Part shown: positions 27,199 to 36,639 of the stretch, one piece after another
Layout of the letters: each line of letters starts with the position of its first letter
How positions within the stretch are numbered: position 1 is the stretch's first letter
Origin: Clostridia bacterium
GTDB taxonomy: Bacteria; Bacillota; Clostridia; Christensenellales; CAG-314
Assembly: GCA_017629595.1 (NCBI GenBank)
Contig: JAGBWW010000068.1
Span: 1-47,752 of the forward strand
Length of the DNA: 47,752 bases
Direction: 5' to 3'
Position numbers and translations under genes: made by a program
The notes under the pieces: generated by a model
Told to the model about the DNA's origin: nothing
What the model saw: only the letters and a program-made list of their open reading frames with translations
The model's database searches: none

Positions 27199-27976
27199 AA
27201 ACCTCACAAAGATATTTAACGTCGGCGAAACAACGGAAAAAACGGCACTCAACAACGTCAGTTTGACTTTGGAAGAAGGCGATTTTCTCACCATAATTGG
27301 TGGCAACGGTGCAGGTAAATCTACTTTGCTCAACTGCATTTCCGGAGTATTGTCCGTTGACAATGGCACAATCAGTTTGGACGGAGAAGACGTCACTCAT
27401 CTTGCCGAATACAAACGAGCAAAATACGTCAGCCGTGTTTTCCAAAATCCACTGGATGGCACAGCAGGTGGCATGAACATTGAAGAAAACCTTGCATTAG
27501 CCTTCCGTCGTGGCAAAAAACGTGGTTTGGGCTGGGGAATAACCAAGGAAGAAAGAGTGCTTTTTCACAAACTTTTGTCTGAAACAGGTTTGGGCTTGGA
27601 ATCTCTTATGGCACAAAAAGTTTCCACGTTGTCGGGTGGCCAACGTCAAAGTTTGGCACTTATTATGGCAGTTTTGGTGCAACCCAAAATTTTGTTGTTG
27701 GATGAACACACGGCAGCGCTTGACCCCAAAACGGCAAAAACGGTTTTGGAATTGACGCAAAAATTCACAAAAGACAGCAAATTCATCACAATTATGGTAA
27801 CTCACAATATGAACGATGCCATCAAAATCGGCAACAAACTTGTTATGATGAACCAAGGCAACGTTGTTTTCCAAGCAAGTGGCCAAGAAAAACAAAACCT
27901 CAAAGTGGTGGATCTCATTTCCAAGTTTTCCGAAGTTGGCGCAGAACTCAACGATAGAATTTTGCTCAACAGCTAA
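27185..27976 (+). CDS. ABC importer ATP-binding protein (COG1101, TrpZ-type)
   Basis: Walker A GGNGAGKST, signature LSGGQRQS, Walker B ILLLDEHTAALD. Overlaps the end of the permease gene. Confidence 0.9.
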   Translation: MLKIENLTKIFNVGETTEKTALNNVSLTLEEGDFLTIIGGNGAGKSTLLNCISGVLSVDNGTISLDGEDVTHLAEYKRAKYVSRVFQNPLDGTAGGMNIEENLALAFRRGKKRGLGWGITKEERVLFHKLLSETGLGLESLMAQKVSTLSGGQRQSLALIMAVLVQPKILLLDEHTAALDPKTAKTVLELTQKFTKDSKFITIMVTHNMNDAIKIGNKLVMMNQGNVVFQASGQEKQNLKVVDLISKFSEVGAELNDRILLNS

Positions 27977-28000
27977 CAATTCTTTTTCTCAATACACTTA

Positions 28001-28032
28001 CAGCCGTCACAAAAGTGACGGCTGTTTTTTTT
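28001..28032 (+). terminator. Intrinsic terminator of the importer operon
   Basis: CAGCCGTCAC (28001-28010) pairs with GTGACGGCTG (28015-28024), AAAA loop, T8. Confidence 0.9.
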
Positions 28033-28068
28033 AGTTTAAACGTGATGTAAGTTAATTATTTTTATATA

Positions 28069-28096
28069 TTGAAAAATATTTAACCTGTGGTATAAT
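28069..28096 (+). promoter_or_regulatory. Promoter of the two-component operon
   Basis: TTGAAA 28069-28074, 16-nt spacer, extended -10 element TGGTATAAT ending at 28096. Confidence 0.55.
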
Positions 28097-28115
28097 AGCA
28101 TCAAGGAGAAGTCCA

Positions 28116-28793
28116 ATGAAAGTTTTGATTATTGACGATGAAAAACAACTCGTTTCGGCGTTGACAGCCATTTTCAACAAAAATCAAATAACAACCGACT
28201 GTGCTTACGATGGCGAAGAAGGATTGGAATACGTTTTGACTCAATTATACGACGTAATTGTTTTGGACGTTATGCTTCCCAAACTCAATGGCTTTGAAGT
28301 GCTTAAAAAGATGCGACAAAAGGGCATTTCAACACCCGTTTTGCTGTTGTCGGCAAAAAGTGAAACGGCAGACAAAATTGAAGGTTTGGAAACGGGTGCC
28401 GACGATTACCTTACAAAACCTTTTGACAGCAGAGAGTTGATTGCTCGTATCAAAGCATTGACAAGGCGCAAAGGGGCGTTTTTTGGCAACGATTTGTCAT
28501 TTGGCGATTTGGTGCTTAACACCGACACGCACAAACTCAGTTGTGGAAACAAAGATATTTCTTTAGGAAGCAAAGAATATCAAATTATGGAAATGCTGTT
28601 GCGCAACACAGAAAGAATAATATCAAAAGACCTTATCATTGAAAAAGTGTGGGGTTTTGATTCGGAAGTGGAATACAACAACGTAGAAGTCTATCTTTCC
28701 TTTTTGCGTCGCAAATTGACTTCACTATCAAGCAAGGTTGTTATTCGCCCCATAAGAAGTGTGGGCTATAAATTGGAACTAGAAAATGATTGA
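28116..28793 (+). CDS. OmpR-family response regulator
   Basis: 225 aa. Receiver domain (VIVLDVMLPKLNG) plus winged-helix C-terminus (VRSVGYKL). AAGGAG RBS. Confidence 0.9.
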   Translation: MKVLIIDDEKQLVSALTAIFNKNQITTDCAYDGEEGLEYVLTQLYDVIVLDVMLPKLNGFEVLKKMRQKGISTPVLLLSAKSETADKIEGLETGADDYLTKPFDSRELIARIKALTRRKGAFFGNDLSFGDLVLNTDTHKLSCGNKDISLGSKEYQIMEMLLRNTERIISKDLIIEKVWGFDSEVEYNNVEVYLSFLRRKLTSLSSKVVIRPIRSVGYKLELEND

Positions 28794-29973
28794 AAAAACT
28801 AGAAAAAAATTTGTATGGTTGACAATGTGTCTATTGGCAGTCGTTTTTTCAGCCCTTTTGTTGGGTACAAGTGCCAGTGTATACGTTATGTTTAATTACG
28901 GCATGTCGCAAAATTTGCAAGAACGTGCCGAGTTCGTTTTTGAAACGGGTTCGGCAGAACTTGGCGTGGAACAATTTGATTTGGCAGACGAAGCGCGAAC
29001 GTTTATTGCCACAAAGTCCGTTGACGGCGAGTGGGAATTGTCCTTTTCAAACGACTTTTTTGAGCAAGAAGAAGTGGAAAGGTATTTGACGAAAATTGTA
29101 CAAAATAAGAAGAACCGTGGTCATATAAACGAATTGTATTTTATCAAACAAACTCAAGGGTCGCAAACTGTTGTCGTCGGCATAGACACTTCCTTTGAAT
29201 TGATACAATTTGGCCGAATTGTGTCTTTGGGCGCAATAATGGTTGTGCTTTCTCTTTTGCTTTTGTACGTTATTGTAACGATGGTTTCGTGGTGGATAAT
29301 ACGGCCTCTTTCAACGGCGTTTACCAAGCAAAAGCAGTTTGTTTCTGATGCAAGTCACGAACTTAAAACACCCCTTACCATTATCAATGCAAACGTAGAT
29401 GCTCTGTGCAGTGACGTGGGCGAAAACAAGTGGACGGAAAACATTTTGTCCCAAACAAGACGTATGAACGGGCTTGTAGTGGACATGCTTGCTTTGGCAA
29501 AATTAGAAGAAGAACAACCGCCCAAAAGTCACAAATTTGACATGTCGTCAACAATCAAAAACACCTTGTTGTCCTTTGAATCGGTTGCCTTTGAAAAGGG
29601 AAAAACGCTTGAAATAGATGTGGAAGAAGGCGTTGAATTTGTTGGCGCAGAACAAGAAGTGCAACAAGTTGTTGCCATTTTGTGCGACAACGCCATAAAA
29701 CACGGTGACGAAAAAACCACTATTCGTGCAAATTTTTCCACTCACCCTTTGCGTTTTTCCATTTCCAACAAAGGGACGGATTTTTCCGAAAAAGAAACGC
29801 AAAAAGTATTTGAAAGATTTTGGCGAAGTGACCAATCACGCGACAGAAAAACAGGTGGCAGTGGTTTGGGATTGTCCATTGCAAGGGGGCTTTGCGACAA
29901 AAACAAGTGGAAAATTAAGGCGCAAAGTCAAGAAAACGTAATCACTTTCGTAGTAAATTTTGCCAATAAATAA
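28786..29973 (+). CDS. Sensor histidine kinase (HisKA/HATPase_c, two TM segments)
   Basis: 395 aa. H-box SDASHELKTPLT, N-box DNAIKHG, G-box GGSGLGLSI. Overlaps the response regulator gene by 8 nt. Confidence 0.9.
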   Translation: MIEKTRKKFVWLTMCLLAVVFSALLLGTSASVYVMFNYGMSQNLQERAEFVFETGSAELGVEQFDLADEARTFIATKSVDGEWELSFSNDFFEQEEVERYLTKIVQNKKNRGHINELYFIKQTQGSQTVVVGIDTSFELIQFGRIVSLGAIMVVLSLLLLYVIVTMVSWWIIRPLSTAFTKQKQFVSDASHELKTPLTIINANVDALCSDVGENKWTENILSQTRRMNGLVVDMLALAKLEEEQPPKSHKFDMSSTIKNTLLSFESVAFEKGKTLEIDVEEGVEFVGAEQEVQQVVAILCDNAIKHGDEKTTIRANFSTHPLRFSISNKGTDFSEKETQKVFERFWRSDQSRDRKTGGSGLGLSIARGLCDKNKWKIKAQSQENVITFVVNFANK

Positions 29974-30006
29974 AAGGCGTTTTTAGTTTCATTTTTATTT
30001 AAATAA

Positions 30007-30050
30007 AACCCACCGACAAGTCGTTTTTGCTTTGAGTCGGTGGGTATTTT
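30007..30050 (+). terminator. Intrinsic terminator after the kinase gene
   Basis: ACCCACCGAC (30007-30016) pairs with GTCGGTGGGT (30035-30044), 18-nt loop, then ATTTTT. Confidence 0.7.
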
Positions 30051-30194
30051 TGTTGAAAAGTTTTTATAAAAGTGTAAATTTAAACAGCAAAAATGATGAA
30101 CGAAAAAAAGTAATTTTGAGCAAATTTAGCGTTTTATCAACAAAAAATTGTCAAAATTTAGCAGATTTGACCGTTTAAGTTTGTTTTAAAACGG

Positions 30195-30659
30195 TCACTC
30201 TTTTTGTCCAAAAAGTGACTGCAAAAAGGTTTCGGGTGGGCTTTCCACAAGACAAACAAAAGGCAAAGCACTTTGGTCGGCTTGATACATATTCACGGTC
30301 AGTTGACGAGTTTGATTGACGTAAATTACACAGTTGACGATTGCCGTATTGACGTATCCTTCTTTCTCAATTAAAAGGGTTACCAAAAACCAATCAAGGT
30401 TTGTGCCATAGTGATTTTCTTGTGTTTCAATTTCAAACAAAGGCGAACGGCCTTGATTGTCACACAAAAATTTTTGTCCTGTTTCCAAGACGGTTACGGT
30501 GGCGTTTTGCAAAGGTTTTCCCTCCAAATCGCAAACGGACACTTTTAGCAAATTTGTAGAACTTTCTTGTGGAGAAAAGGTATAAGTTGTCCAAGGCAAA
30601 AGCAAAACGGTTGTCAACAAAACGATACAGGCGCAAAAAAGAGCAATTTTCCATTTCAT
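30195..30659 (-). CDS. Membrane-anchored hypothetical protein with CarboxypepD_reg-like beta-sandwich
   Basis: 154 aa. N-terminal TM/signal anchor. KVSVCDLEGKPLQNATVTVLETGQKFLCDNQGRSPLF resembles carboxypeptidase-regulatory-like domains. Confidence 0.6.
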   Translation of the reverse strand: MKWKIALFCACIVLLTTVLLLPWTTYTFSPQESSTNLLKVSVCDLEGKPLQNATVTVLETGQKFLCDNQGRSPLFEIETQENHYGTNLDWFLVTLLIEKEGYVNTAIVNCVIYVNQTRQLTVNMYQADQSALPFVCLVESPPETFLQSLFGQKE

Positions 30660-30780
30660 ATAATAAATATATTATTTTTAGTATAAAAATATTAAAAAAT
30701 TTGCATTTTTGACTATTCATATACAAATTTTTGTGCTAAAATCATTATGTATGTTCAAGACTTACAAGGAGATTTACAAA

Positions 30781-32178
30781 ATGAGTATCACAATCAATTA
30801 CAACAACATGATGGCACACAAAATCGGTGATAAGGGTTTCACTTGGGAACAAATCGTTGCAACCAAGAAACAAGCAATCCAAGCATTGAAAACAGTTCAA
30901 GCCAACCGTGGTTTGGGCATGCAAGGTTGGATGCAACTTCCTCACGCCGACAAAGCAGAAATTTCCAAAATCAAAAAGACGGCAAAACAAATTGCCAAAT
31001 CTTGTGATTATTTCGTTGTATTGGGCATTGGTGGCAGTGCACTTGGTCCCACGGCAGTATTCACAGCAATCAAACACCTTTATTTCAACCAATTACCCAA
31101 AAAGGTAAGAAAAGCACCTCAATTTTACGTAATTGACAACGTTGACCCCGAACGTATGAACGCTTTGTTTGATATCATTGATATCAAAAAGACAATTTTC
31201 AACGTGGTTACAAAGTCCGGTGCAACAAGTGAAACGATGGCTCAATACCTTATCGTTTTGGATATGCTCAAAAAAGAATTGGGCGATGGCTACAAAGATC
31301 ACATCGTTTGCACGACAAGCCAAAATCGTGGCAATCTCATCAAAATTGCAAAAGAAGAAGGTTTTGAAACTTTCTATATTCCCGATGGCGTTGGCGGAAG
31401 ATTTTCCGAACTTTGCCCCGTCGGTTTGTTGCCCGCAGCAGTAGAAGGCATTGACATTTCCGCAATGCTCAAAGGCGCAGCACACATGGATAGAATTTGC
31501 AAGAAAGCAGACCTCAAATCCAACCCTGCACTTATCACGGCAGTTTTGCAATATCTTTCTATGAAACAAGGCAAAAACATTTCCGTTATGATGCCTTATG
31601 CAGACAGCCTCAAATACATTGCCGACTGGTATGCACAACTTTGGGCAGAATCTTTGGGCAAAAACAAGGACAAAGAAGGACGTGAAATTGACCCCGTTGG
31701 CCAAACACCCGTAAAAGCATTGGGCGTAACGGACCAACACTCTCAAGTACAACTTTATGCAAACGGACCTTTTGACAAGGTAGTCACTTTCTTGGAAGTA
31801 GGCTCTTTCCGTGGCGACACAGATATTCCTCAAGGTTGCCCCGACGTTCCCGACGTAAACTTCTTGTGTGGCAACACCCTTTCCACCCTTTTGACAAACG
31901 AATTGTTTGCAACACGCTATGCTTTGACAAAAGCAAAGATGGCAAACTACACAATCAAAATGGACGTTGTTGACGAATATCACTTGGGACAATTGTTGTA
32001 TTTGTTTGAAATGCAAACAGCATATGCAGGCGAATTGTTGGGTATTGACACCTACAATCAACCCGGCGTAGAAGAAGGCAAAAATGCAACTTACGCATTG
32101 TTCGGCAAAAAAGGTTACGAAGCAAAGGCCGAAGAATTGAACAACGCACCCCAAGACAATCAAGAATATATCATTTAA
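30781..32178 (+). CDS. pgi: Glucose-6-phosphate isomerase (short Firmicute type)
   Basis: ATG at 30781 behind AAGGAG. GIGGSALGP and the VVTKSGATSET motif. The track start at 30709 is an upstream extension. Confidence 0.95.
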   Translation: MSITINYNNMMAHKIGDKGFTWEQIVATKKQAIQALKTVQANRGLGMQGWMQLPHADKAEISKIKKTAKQIAKSCDYFVVLGIGGSALGPTAVFTAIKHLYFNQLPKKVRKAPQFYVIDNVDPERMNALFDIIDIKKTIFNVVTKSGATSETMAQYLIVLDMLKKELGDGYKDHIVCTTSQNRGNLIKIAKEEGFETFYIPDGVGGRFSELCPVGLLPAAVEGIDISAMLKGAAHMDRICKKADLKSNPALITAVLQYLSMKQGKNISVMMPYADSLKYIADWYAQLWAESLGKNKDKEGREIDPVGQTPVKALGVTDQHSQVQLYANGPFDKVVTFLEVGSFRGDTDIPQGCPDVPDVNFLCGNTLSTLLTNELFATRYALTKAKMANYTIKMDVVDEYHLGQLLYLFEMQTAYAGELLGIDTYNQPGVEEGKNATYALFGKKGYEAKAEELNNAPQDNQEYII

Positions 32179-32194
32179 TCAGAGGTAACAAATT

Positions 32195-33427
32195 ATGTTG
32201 CAAAAAACACCCACCAAAGGCATGCGCGACTTTTTGCCTAGCGAATTTTCCATAAGACAACAAGTTCTCAACAGTATCATTGCAACTTATGAAAAGCACG
32301 GCTTTTTGCAAATTGAAACACCTGCAGTGGAAAACTTGCAGTTGCTCAATTCCAAACAAGGTGGCGACAACGAAAAACTTATTTATAAAATTTTGAAACG
32401 TGGCGAAAAGTTGGAAGAAGCCCAAAATGGTGGGGAACTTTGCGACTTAGGTTTGCGTTATGACTTGACCGTGCCTTTGTCTCGTTTTTACAGCAACAAC
32501 CGTGGCAAACTTCCCGCAGTGTTCAAAGCAATTCAAACGGGTTACGTATGGCGTGCAGATAGACCTCAACGTGGCAGATATCGTCAATTCCGTCAATGCG
32601 ACATGGACATCATTGGCGACGGCTCCACTTTGGCAGAAATTGAACTTATCACGGCAACTGCCGACGCATTGTACACGTTGGGCTTTGAAGACACCATTGT
32701 TCGTGTAAACGATAGAAAGTTGCTCTCTGCAATTGCCAACAAATGCGGTTTTGCACAAGAAGAACACGAAAAGGTGTTTATCGCATTGGACAAGCTTGAC
32801 AAAATCGGTGTCAACGGAGTTTTGGAAGAAATTTCCACTTTCAACAAAGAAAAGGCAGAAGTTTTTGTCAGTTTGCTTATGGAAATCACTGCATCAAGCG
32901 ATCCTTTGAACAAAGCGTTTGAAGCTTTGGGCGACTATCTTGACCCCAAAACAAAAGCATCTTTGTCGGAAATTTTGACCGTTTGCCAAACGTCAGCCAA
33001 AGCCAACGTCGTTTTTGACGTCAAACTTGTTCGTGGTATGAACTACTACACAGGCACGATTTATGAAATTGCATTGTCCGGTTTGGATATTGCAGTCGGT
33101 GGTGGTGGTCGTTATGACGAACTCATTGGCAAAATCAGTGGCACGCCTGCCCCTGCATGTGGTTTTTCAATCGGTTTTGAACGTATCGTTTTGTTGTTGA
33201 CCGAAAGAAATGCAAAGTTTAACAAAAAGGAAAAAACGGCACTTGTCTTTGCAGGTACAAACGATTTGGCAGACATTATGAAGGTTGCCCAACATTTGCG
33301 TCAAAACACCGACGTTTGCGTTGTCAAACGCATTAAAAACTTTGCATATCAAGTGCAACAACTTAAAGACGAAGGCTTTACAACCATTTATCGTTACGAA
33401 AATCAACAACTTATCAAAGTGGACTAG
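32195..33427 (+). CDS. hisS: Histidine--tRNA ligase
   Basis: 410 aa. PTKGMRDFLP, motif 2 RYRQFRQCDMDIIG, motif 3 GGGGRYDEL, C-terminal anticodon-binding domain. No T-box fits in the 16-nt gap after pgi. Confidence 0.9.
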   Translation: MLQKTPTKGMRDFLPSEFSIRQQVLNSIIATYEKHGFLQIETPAVENLQLLNSKQGGDNEKLIYKILKRGEKLEEAQNGGELCDLGLRYDLTVPLSRFYSNNRGKLPAVFKAIQTGYVWRADRPQRGRYRQFRQCDMDIIGDGSTLAEIELITATADALYTLGFEDTIVRVNDRKLLSAIANKCGFAQEEHEKVFIALDKLDKIGVNGVLEEISTFNKEKAEVFVSLLMEITASSDPLNKAFEALGDYLDPKTKASLSEILTVCQTSAKANVVFDVKLVRGMNYYTGTIYEIALSGLDIAVGGGGRYDELIGKISGTPAPACGFSIGFERIVLLLTERNAKFNKKEKTALVFAGTNDLADIMKVAQHLRQNTDVCVVKRIKNFAYQVQQLKDEGFTTIYRYENQQLIKVD

Positions 33428-35926
33428 ATGAAACAAACAACAAAGAACAACACTCAAAATTACGTCAGTTTGGAACTTGCCGAAAGGTTTGAAGTTGCAA
33501 AAACCAAAGGTTTAAGTCAAACGCAAGTGGAACAACGCCAAAACGAAGGTTTGGTCAACTTCTCCACGGACAGAAAAACAAAGAGTATTGCTCAAATTGT
33601 TGTTTCCAACGTTTTCACTTTTTTCAACTTAATTTATTTGTCCATTGCAACGGTTTTGACAATTTTTGGATTGCTTCAAGAATGTTTCTTTATGGTGGTT
33701 ATCGTTTTGAACACAGCCATTGCAATTTTCCAACAAATCCGTTCAAAAAAGACTTTGGACAAATTAAATCTTGTAACCGTCCCCACGGCAGTCGTCGTGC
33801 GTGACGGAGAAGAAATCGCAATTTCTTCCAACCAAGTCGTGTTGGACGACGTTGTAATTTTTTCAACGGGTAACCAAATTTCTTGCGACTCTATTGTTTT
33901 GGACGGCACGGTGGAAGTCAACGAATCCATGCTCACGGGCGAAAGTGACGCCGTTGTCAAAAAGAAAGGTGCTCAACTTTTTGCAGGCAGTTTTGTCGTG
34001 GCAGGCAATTGTCGTGCCAAGGTGGACAAGGTTGGCAAATACAACTACGTAGAAAGTTTGTCGGCTCGTGCAAAGGTTTATCAAAAACCCAGAAGTGAGC
34101 TTTTGCGCTCATTAAAGGGCATTTTGGTCTTTGTCGGTGTTATCATTTTGCCAATGTTATTTTTCTTGTGGCAATCCAACTCAAAAGCAAACGGCTTTGA
34201 ATGGGGACAAGACACTTTTGGCAACCCTTCATTTTTGACCACTTTGCGTCTTACAGCAGGCTCCATCATTTCCATGGTCCCTGTCGGTCCGTTGTTGTTG
34301 ACAAGTATTGCCTTGGCAAAATCGGTTGTCAGTTTGGCACGTCACAAAACTTTGGTGCAAGAATTGTATTGCATTGAAATGTTGGCAAGAGTCAACTGCT
34401 TGTGTTTGGACAAAACTGGAACGCTTACCGACGGCACAATGAAAGTTGTGGACGTGGTAGATTTGCGTACAACGGTGGAACACTACACCCTTAGAGAAAT
34501 TTTGGGAAGTTTTTTGTCTGCACAAAACGATGACAACATGACTTCTCGTGCAATGAAAAACTATTTCGGTTGTCCCAAACAACCTGCATTAAAAAGTACG
34601 GCAATCTTGCCTTTTTCTTCACAAAGAAAGTTGTCGGCAGTCAGTTTTGGGATACACGGCACCTACATTTTGGGCGCACCGGAATTTGTACTTAAAGCAA
34701 AAGACAGACGTGTGGAAGAATTTTACAAAAGATTTTCCAAAGAAGGTTTACGTGTTTTGCTTTTGGCACATTCTCCCAATGCAATTTTCAAAAGTGAATT
34801 GCCGTCGGTAAGAAAGGCAGTTTGTCTTATCGTAATTGAAGACCACGTAAGAAAAGAAGCCCCCGAAACAATTCAATGGTTCAAAGACAACGGGGTGGAA
34901 ATTAAAATTATTTCAGGCGACAATCCCCAAACGGTATCGGCAATTGCAATACGCACGGGTGTAGAAAACGCCGATAAATTTATTTCTTTGGAAGGTCTAA
35001 CTGATCAAGAAGTACAACAAGTAGCCACCGAATATAACGTATTTGGCAGGGTTTCTCCCGACCAAAAGGCAATTTTGGTAAAAGCCTTACGTGCAAACGG
35101 CAAAACGGTTGCAATGACGGGCGACGGTGTCAACGACATTTTGGCAATGAAAGAAGCCGACTGTCCCATTGCAATGGCAAGTGGTGCTGATGCTGCTCGA
35201 AACGTATCTCACTTGGTGCTTATGGACGACAACTTTGCATCTATGCCCGCAGTTGTAAAAGAAGGCAGACAAGTTGTCAACAACATACAAAACTCCACGT
35301 CAATGTACTATATGAAGACGTGGTATATAATCTTTATCAACCTTATGCTTATTGTGGCAAACTTCGGTTTTGGTATGAGTTTGGCATCGCCTTACACTTC
35401 CAACCAAATTCTTATGTTGGAAATGGTGGTTGTCGGTTTTGCAACCTTTTTCTTGGCGTTGCAATCCAACGACAGTCTTATCAAGGGAAGATTTATGTCC
35501 AACTTGCTCAAGCGCTGTTTACCTTTCTCCCTTACGTTTATCATAATGACCGTTTCGGTCTATACGTTGAAATTAAGTGGAATTGTTGAAATTGACTTGC
35601 AAACAAGTGGCGCAGTTACCGAACTTTCCACAATCGTATCCATTGCATATACCTTCTGTGGTTTGTGGGCATTGTATTATTCTTGCAAACCTTTTGATAA
35701 GAAGTGGAAGATAGCAATGTTTATTGGAATTTTTGCCGTATCAACCATCGGCATTTTGTTCTTGGCATACGCAGGACAAAACGGACTTTTGGGCTTGAAT
35801 CCCATTTACAGCATACTCAACACCGAGCAAACGTTGTTACTTATCGTCATCGTTATGGCATCGTGGTTTGTTATGACAGGTTTGGTCTCTTTGATCAAAG
35901 GCAAAGCCAAAGGTGACGCCAAATGA
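33428..35926 (+). CDS. P-type (E1-E2, HAD-IC) cation-translocating ATPase, P2-like
   Basis: 832 aa. TGES, DKTGTLT (Asp328, codon 34409-34411) and GDGVNDILAMKEAD, with about 10 TM segments. The start codon immediately follows the hisS stop. Confidence 0.9.
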   Translation: MKQTTKNNTQNYVSLELAERFEVAKTKGLSQTQVEQRQNEGLVNFSTDRKTKSIAQIVVSNVFTFFNLIYLSIATVLTIFGLLQECFFMVVIVLNTAIAIFQQIRSKKTLDKLNLVTVPTAVVVRDGEEIAISSNQVVLDDVVIFSTGNQISCDSIVLDGTVEVNESMLTGESDAVVKKKGAQLFAGSFVVAGNCRAKVDKVGKYNYVESLSARAKVYQKPRSELLRSLKGILVFVGVIILPMLFFLWQSNSKANGFEWGQDTFGNPSFLTTLRLTAGSIISMVPVGPLLLTSIALAKSVVSLARHKTLVQELYCIEMLARVNCLCLDKTGTLTDGTMKVVDVVDLRTTVEHYTLREILGSFLSAQNDDNMTSRAMKNYFGCPKQPALKSTAILPFSSQRKLSAVSFGIHGTYILGAPEFVLKAKDRRVEEFYKRFSKEGLRVLLLAHSPNAIFKSELPSVRKAVCLIVIEDHVRKEAPETIQWFKDNGVEIKIISGDNPQTVSAIAIRTGVENADKFISLEGLTDQEVQQVATEYNVFGRVSPDQKAILVKALRANGKTVAMTGDGVNDILAMKEADCPIAMASGADAARNVSHLVLMDDNFASMPAVVKEGRQVVNNIQNSTSMYYMKTWYIIFINLMLIVANFGFGMSLASPYTSNQILMLEMVVVGFATFFLALQSNDSLIKGRFMSNLLKRCLPFSLTFIIMTVSVYTLKLSGIVEIDLQTSGAVTELSTIVSIAYTFCGLWALYYSCKPFDKKWKIAMFIGIFAVSTIGILFLAYAGQNGLLGLNPIYSILNTEQTLLLIVIVMASWFVMTGLVSLIKGKAKGDAK

Positions 35927-36624
35927 AAACTGTACTTGTAACGGGCGGAAGCCGTGGAATTGGCGCACAGACGGTTAGATTGTTTGCCGAAAAAGGTTGG
36001 ACGGTTTTACTTAACTATTGCAAAAGCAAACAACAAGCCGAAGATTTACAAAAAGAACTTATAGAAAAAGGGTTTGACGTTCATTTGCTTTATGCCGACT
36101 TATCACGTCCTGATGATGTGGACAAAATGTTTGATACAATCAATCGCTTTTACCACAAATTGGACGTTTTGGTAAACAACGCAGGTAAAGCCTTGTATCA
36201 ACAAATTCAAGACGTAACTCTTCAACAATACGACGAGGTAATGGCAGTAAACTGTCGCGCACCCTTTTTGAGTTGTCAAAAGGCAAGTGAATTGTTCCTT
36301 AAACAAGGTTACGGCTCAATCGTCAACCTTTCTTCCATTTGGGGACTTAAAGGGGCAAGTTGCGAAAGTGTCTATTCAATGAGCAAATTTGCTCTTATTG
36401 GTTTGACCTTGTCTTTGCACGAAGAAATTGGCGATTTTGTCAACGTAAACTGTGTGTGTCCGTCGGTGGTGGCAACGGAAATGTGTTCGCATCTAACTGA
36501 CGAAGAATTGACCACCTTCCTAGACGAAAATGGTGGAAAGCTTTTGCGCCCCGTGGAAGTTGCCCAAGCAATTTACGACGTGGCAACGAGTGGCGAAAGT
36601 GGAAAAATAATAGAAATCAAATAA
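35923..36624 (+). CDS. SDR family oxidoreductase (FabG-like)
   Basis: 233 aa. TGGSRGIG, NNAG and YSMSK catalytic motifs. ATGA overlap with the ATPase gene. Confidence 0.9.
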   Translation: MKTVLVTGGSRGIGAQTVRLFAEKGWTVLLNYCKSKQQAEDLQKELIEKGFDVHLLYADLSRPDDVDKMFDTINRFYHKLDVLVNNAGKALYQQIQDVTLQQYDEVMAVNCRAPFLSCQKASELFLKQGYGSIVNLSSIWGLKGASCESVYSMSKFALIGLTLSLHEEIGDFVNVNCVCPSVVATEMCSHLTDEELTTFLDENGGKLLRPVEVAQAIYDVATSGESGKIIEIK

Positions 36625-36639
36625 AGGAGAACAATAAAA

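Noticed and set aside
30122-30162. 9-nt direct repeat AAATTTAGC (30122-30130 and 30154-30162) downstream of the two-component genes
   Set aside because: This is AT-rich DNA between two convergent genes, so it is not a promoter region. A single 9-mer recurrence is compatible with chance, and no associated ORF or structure is present.
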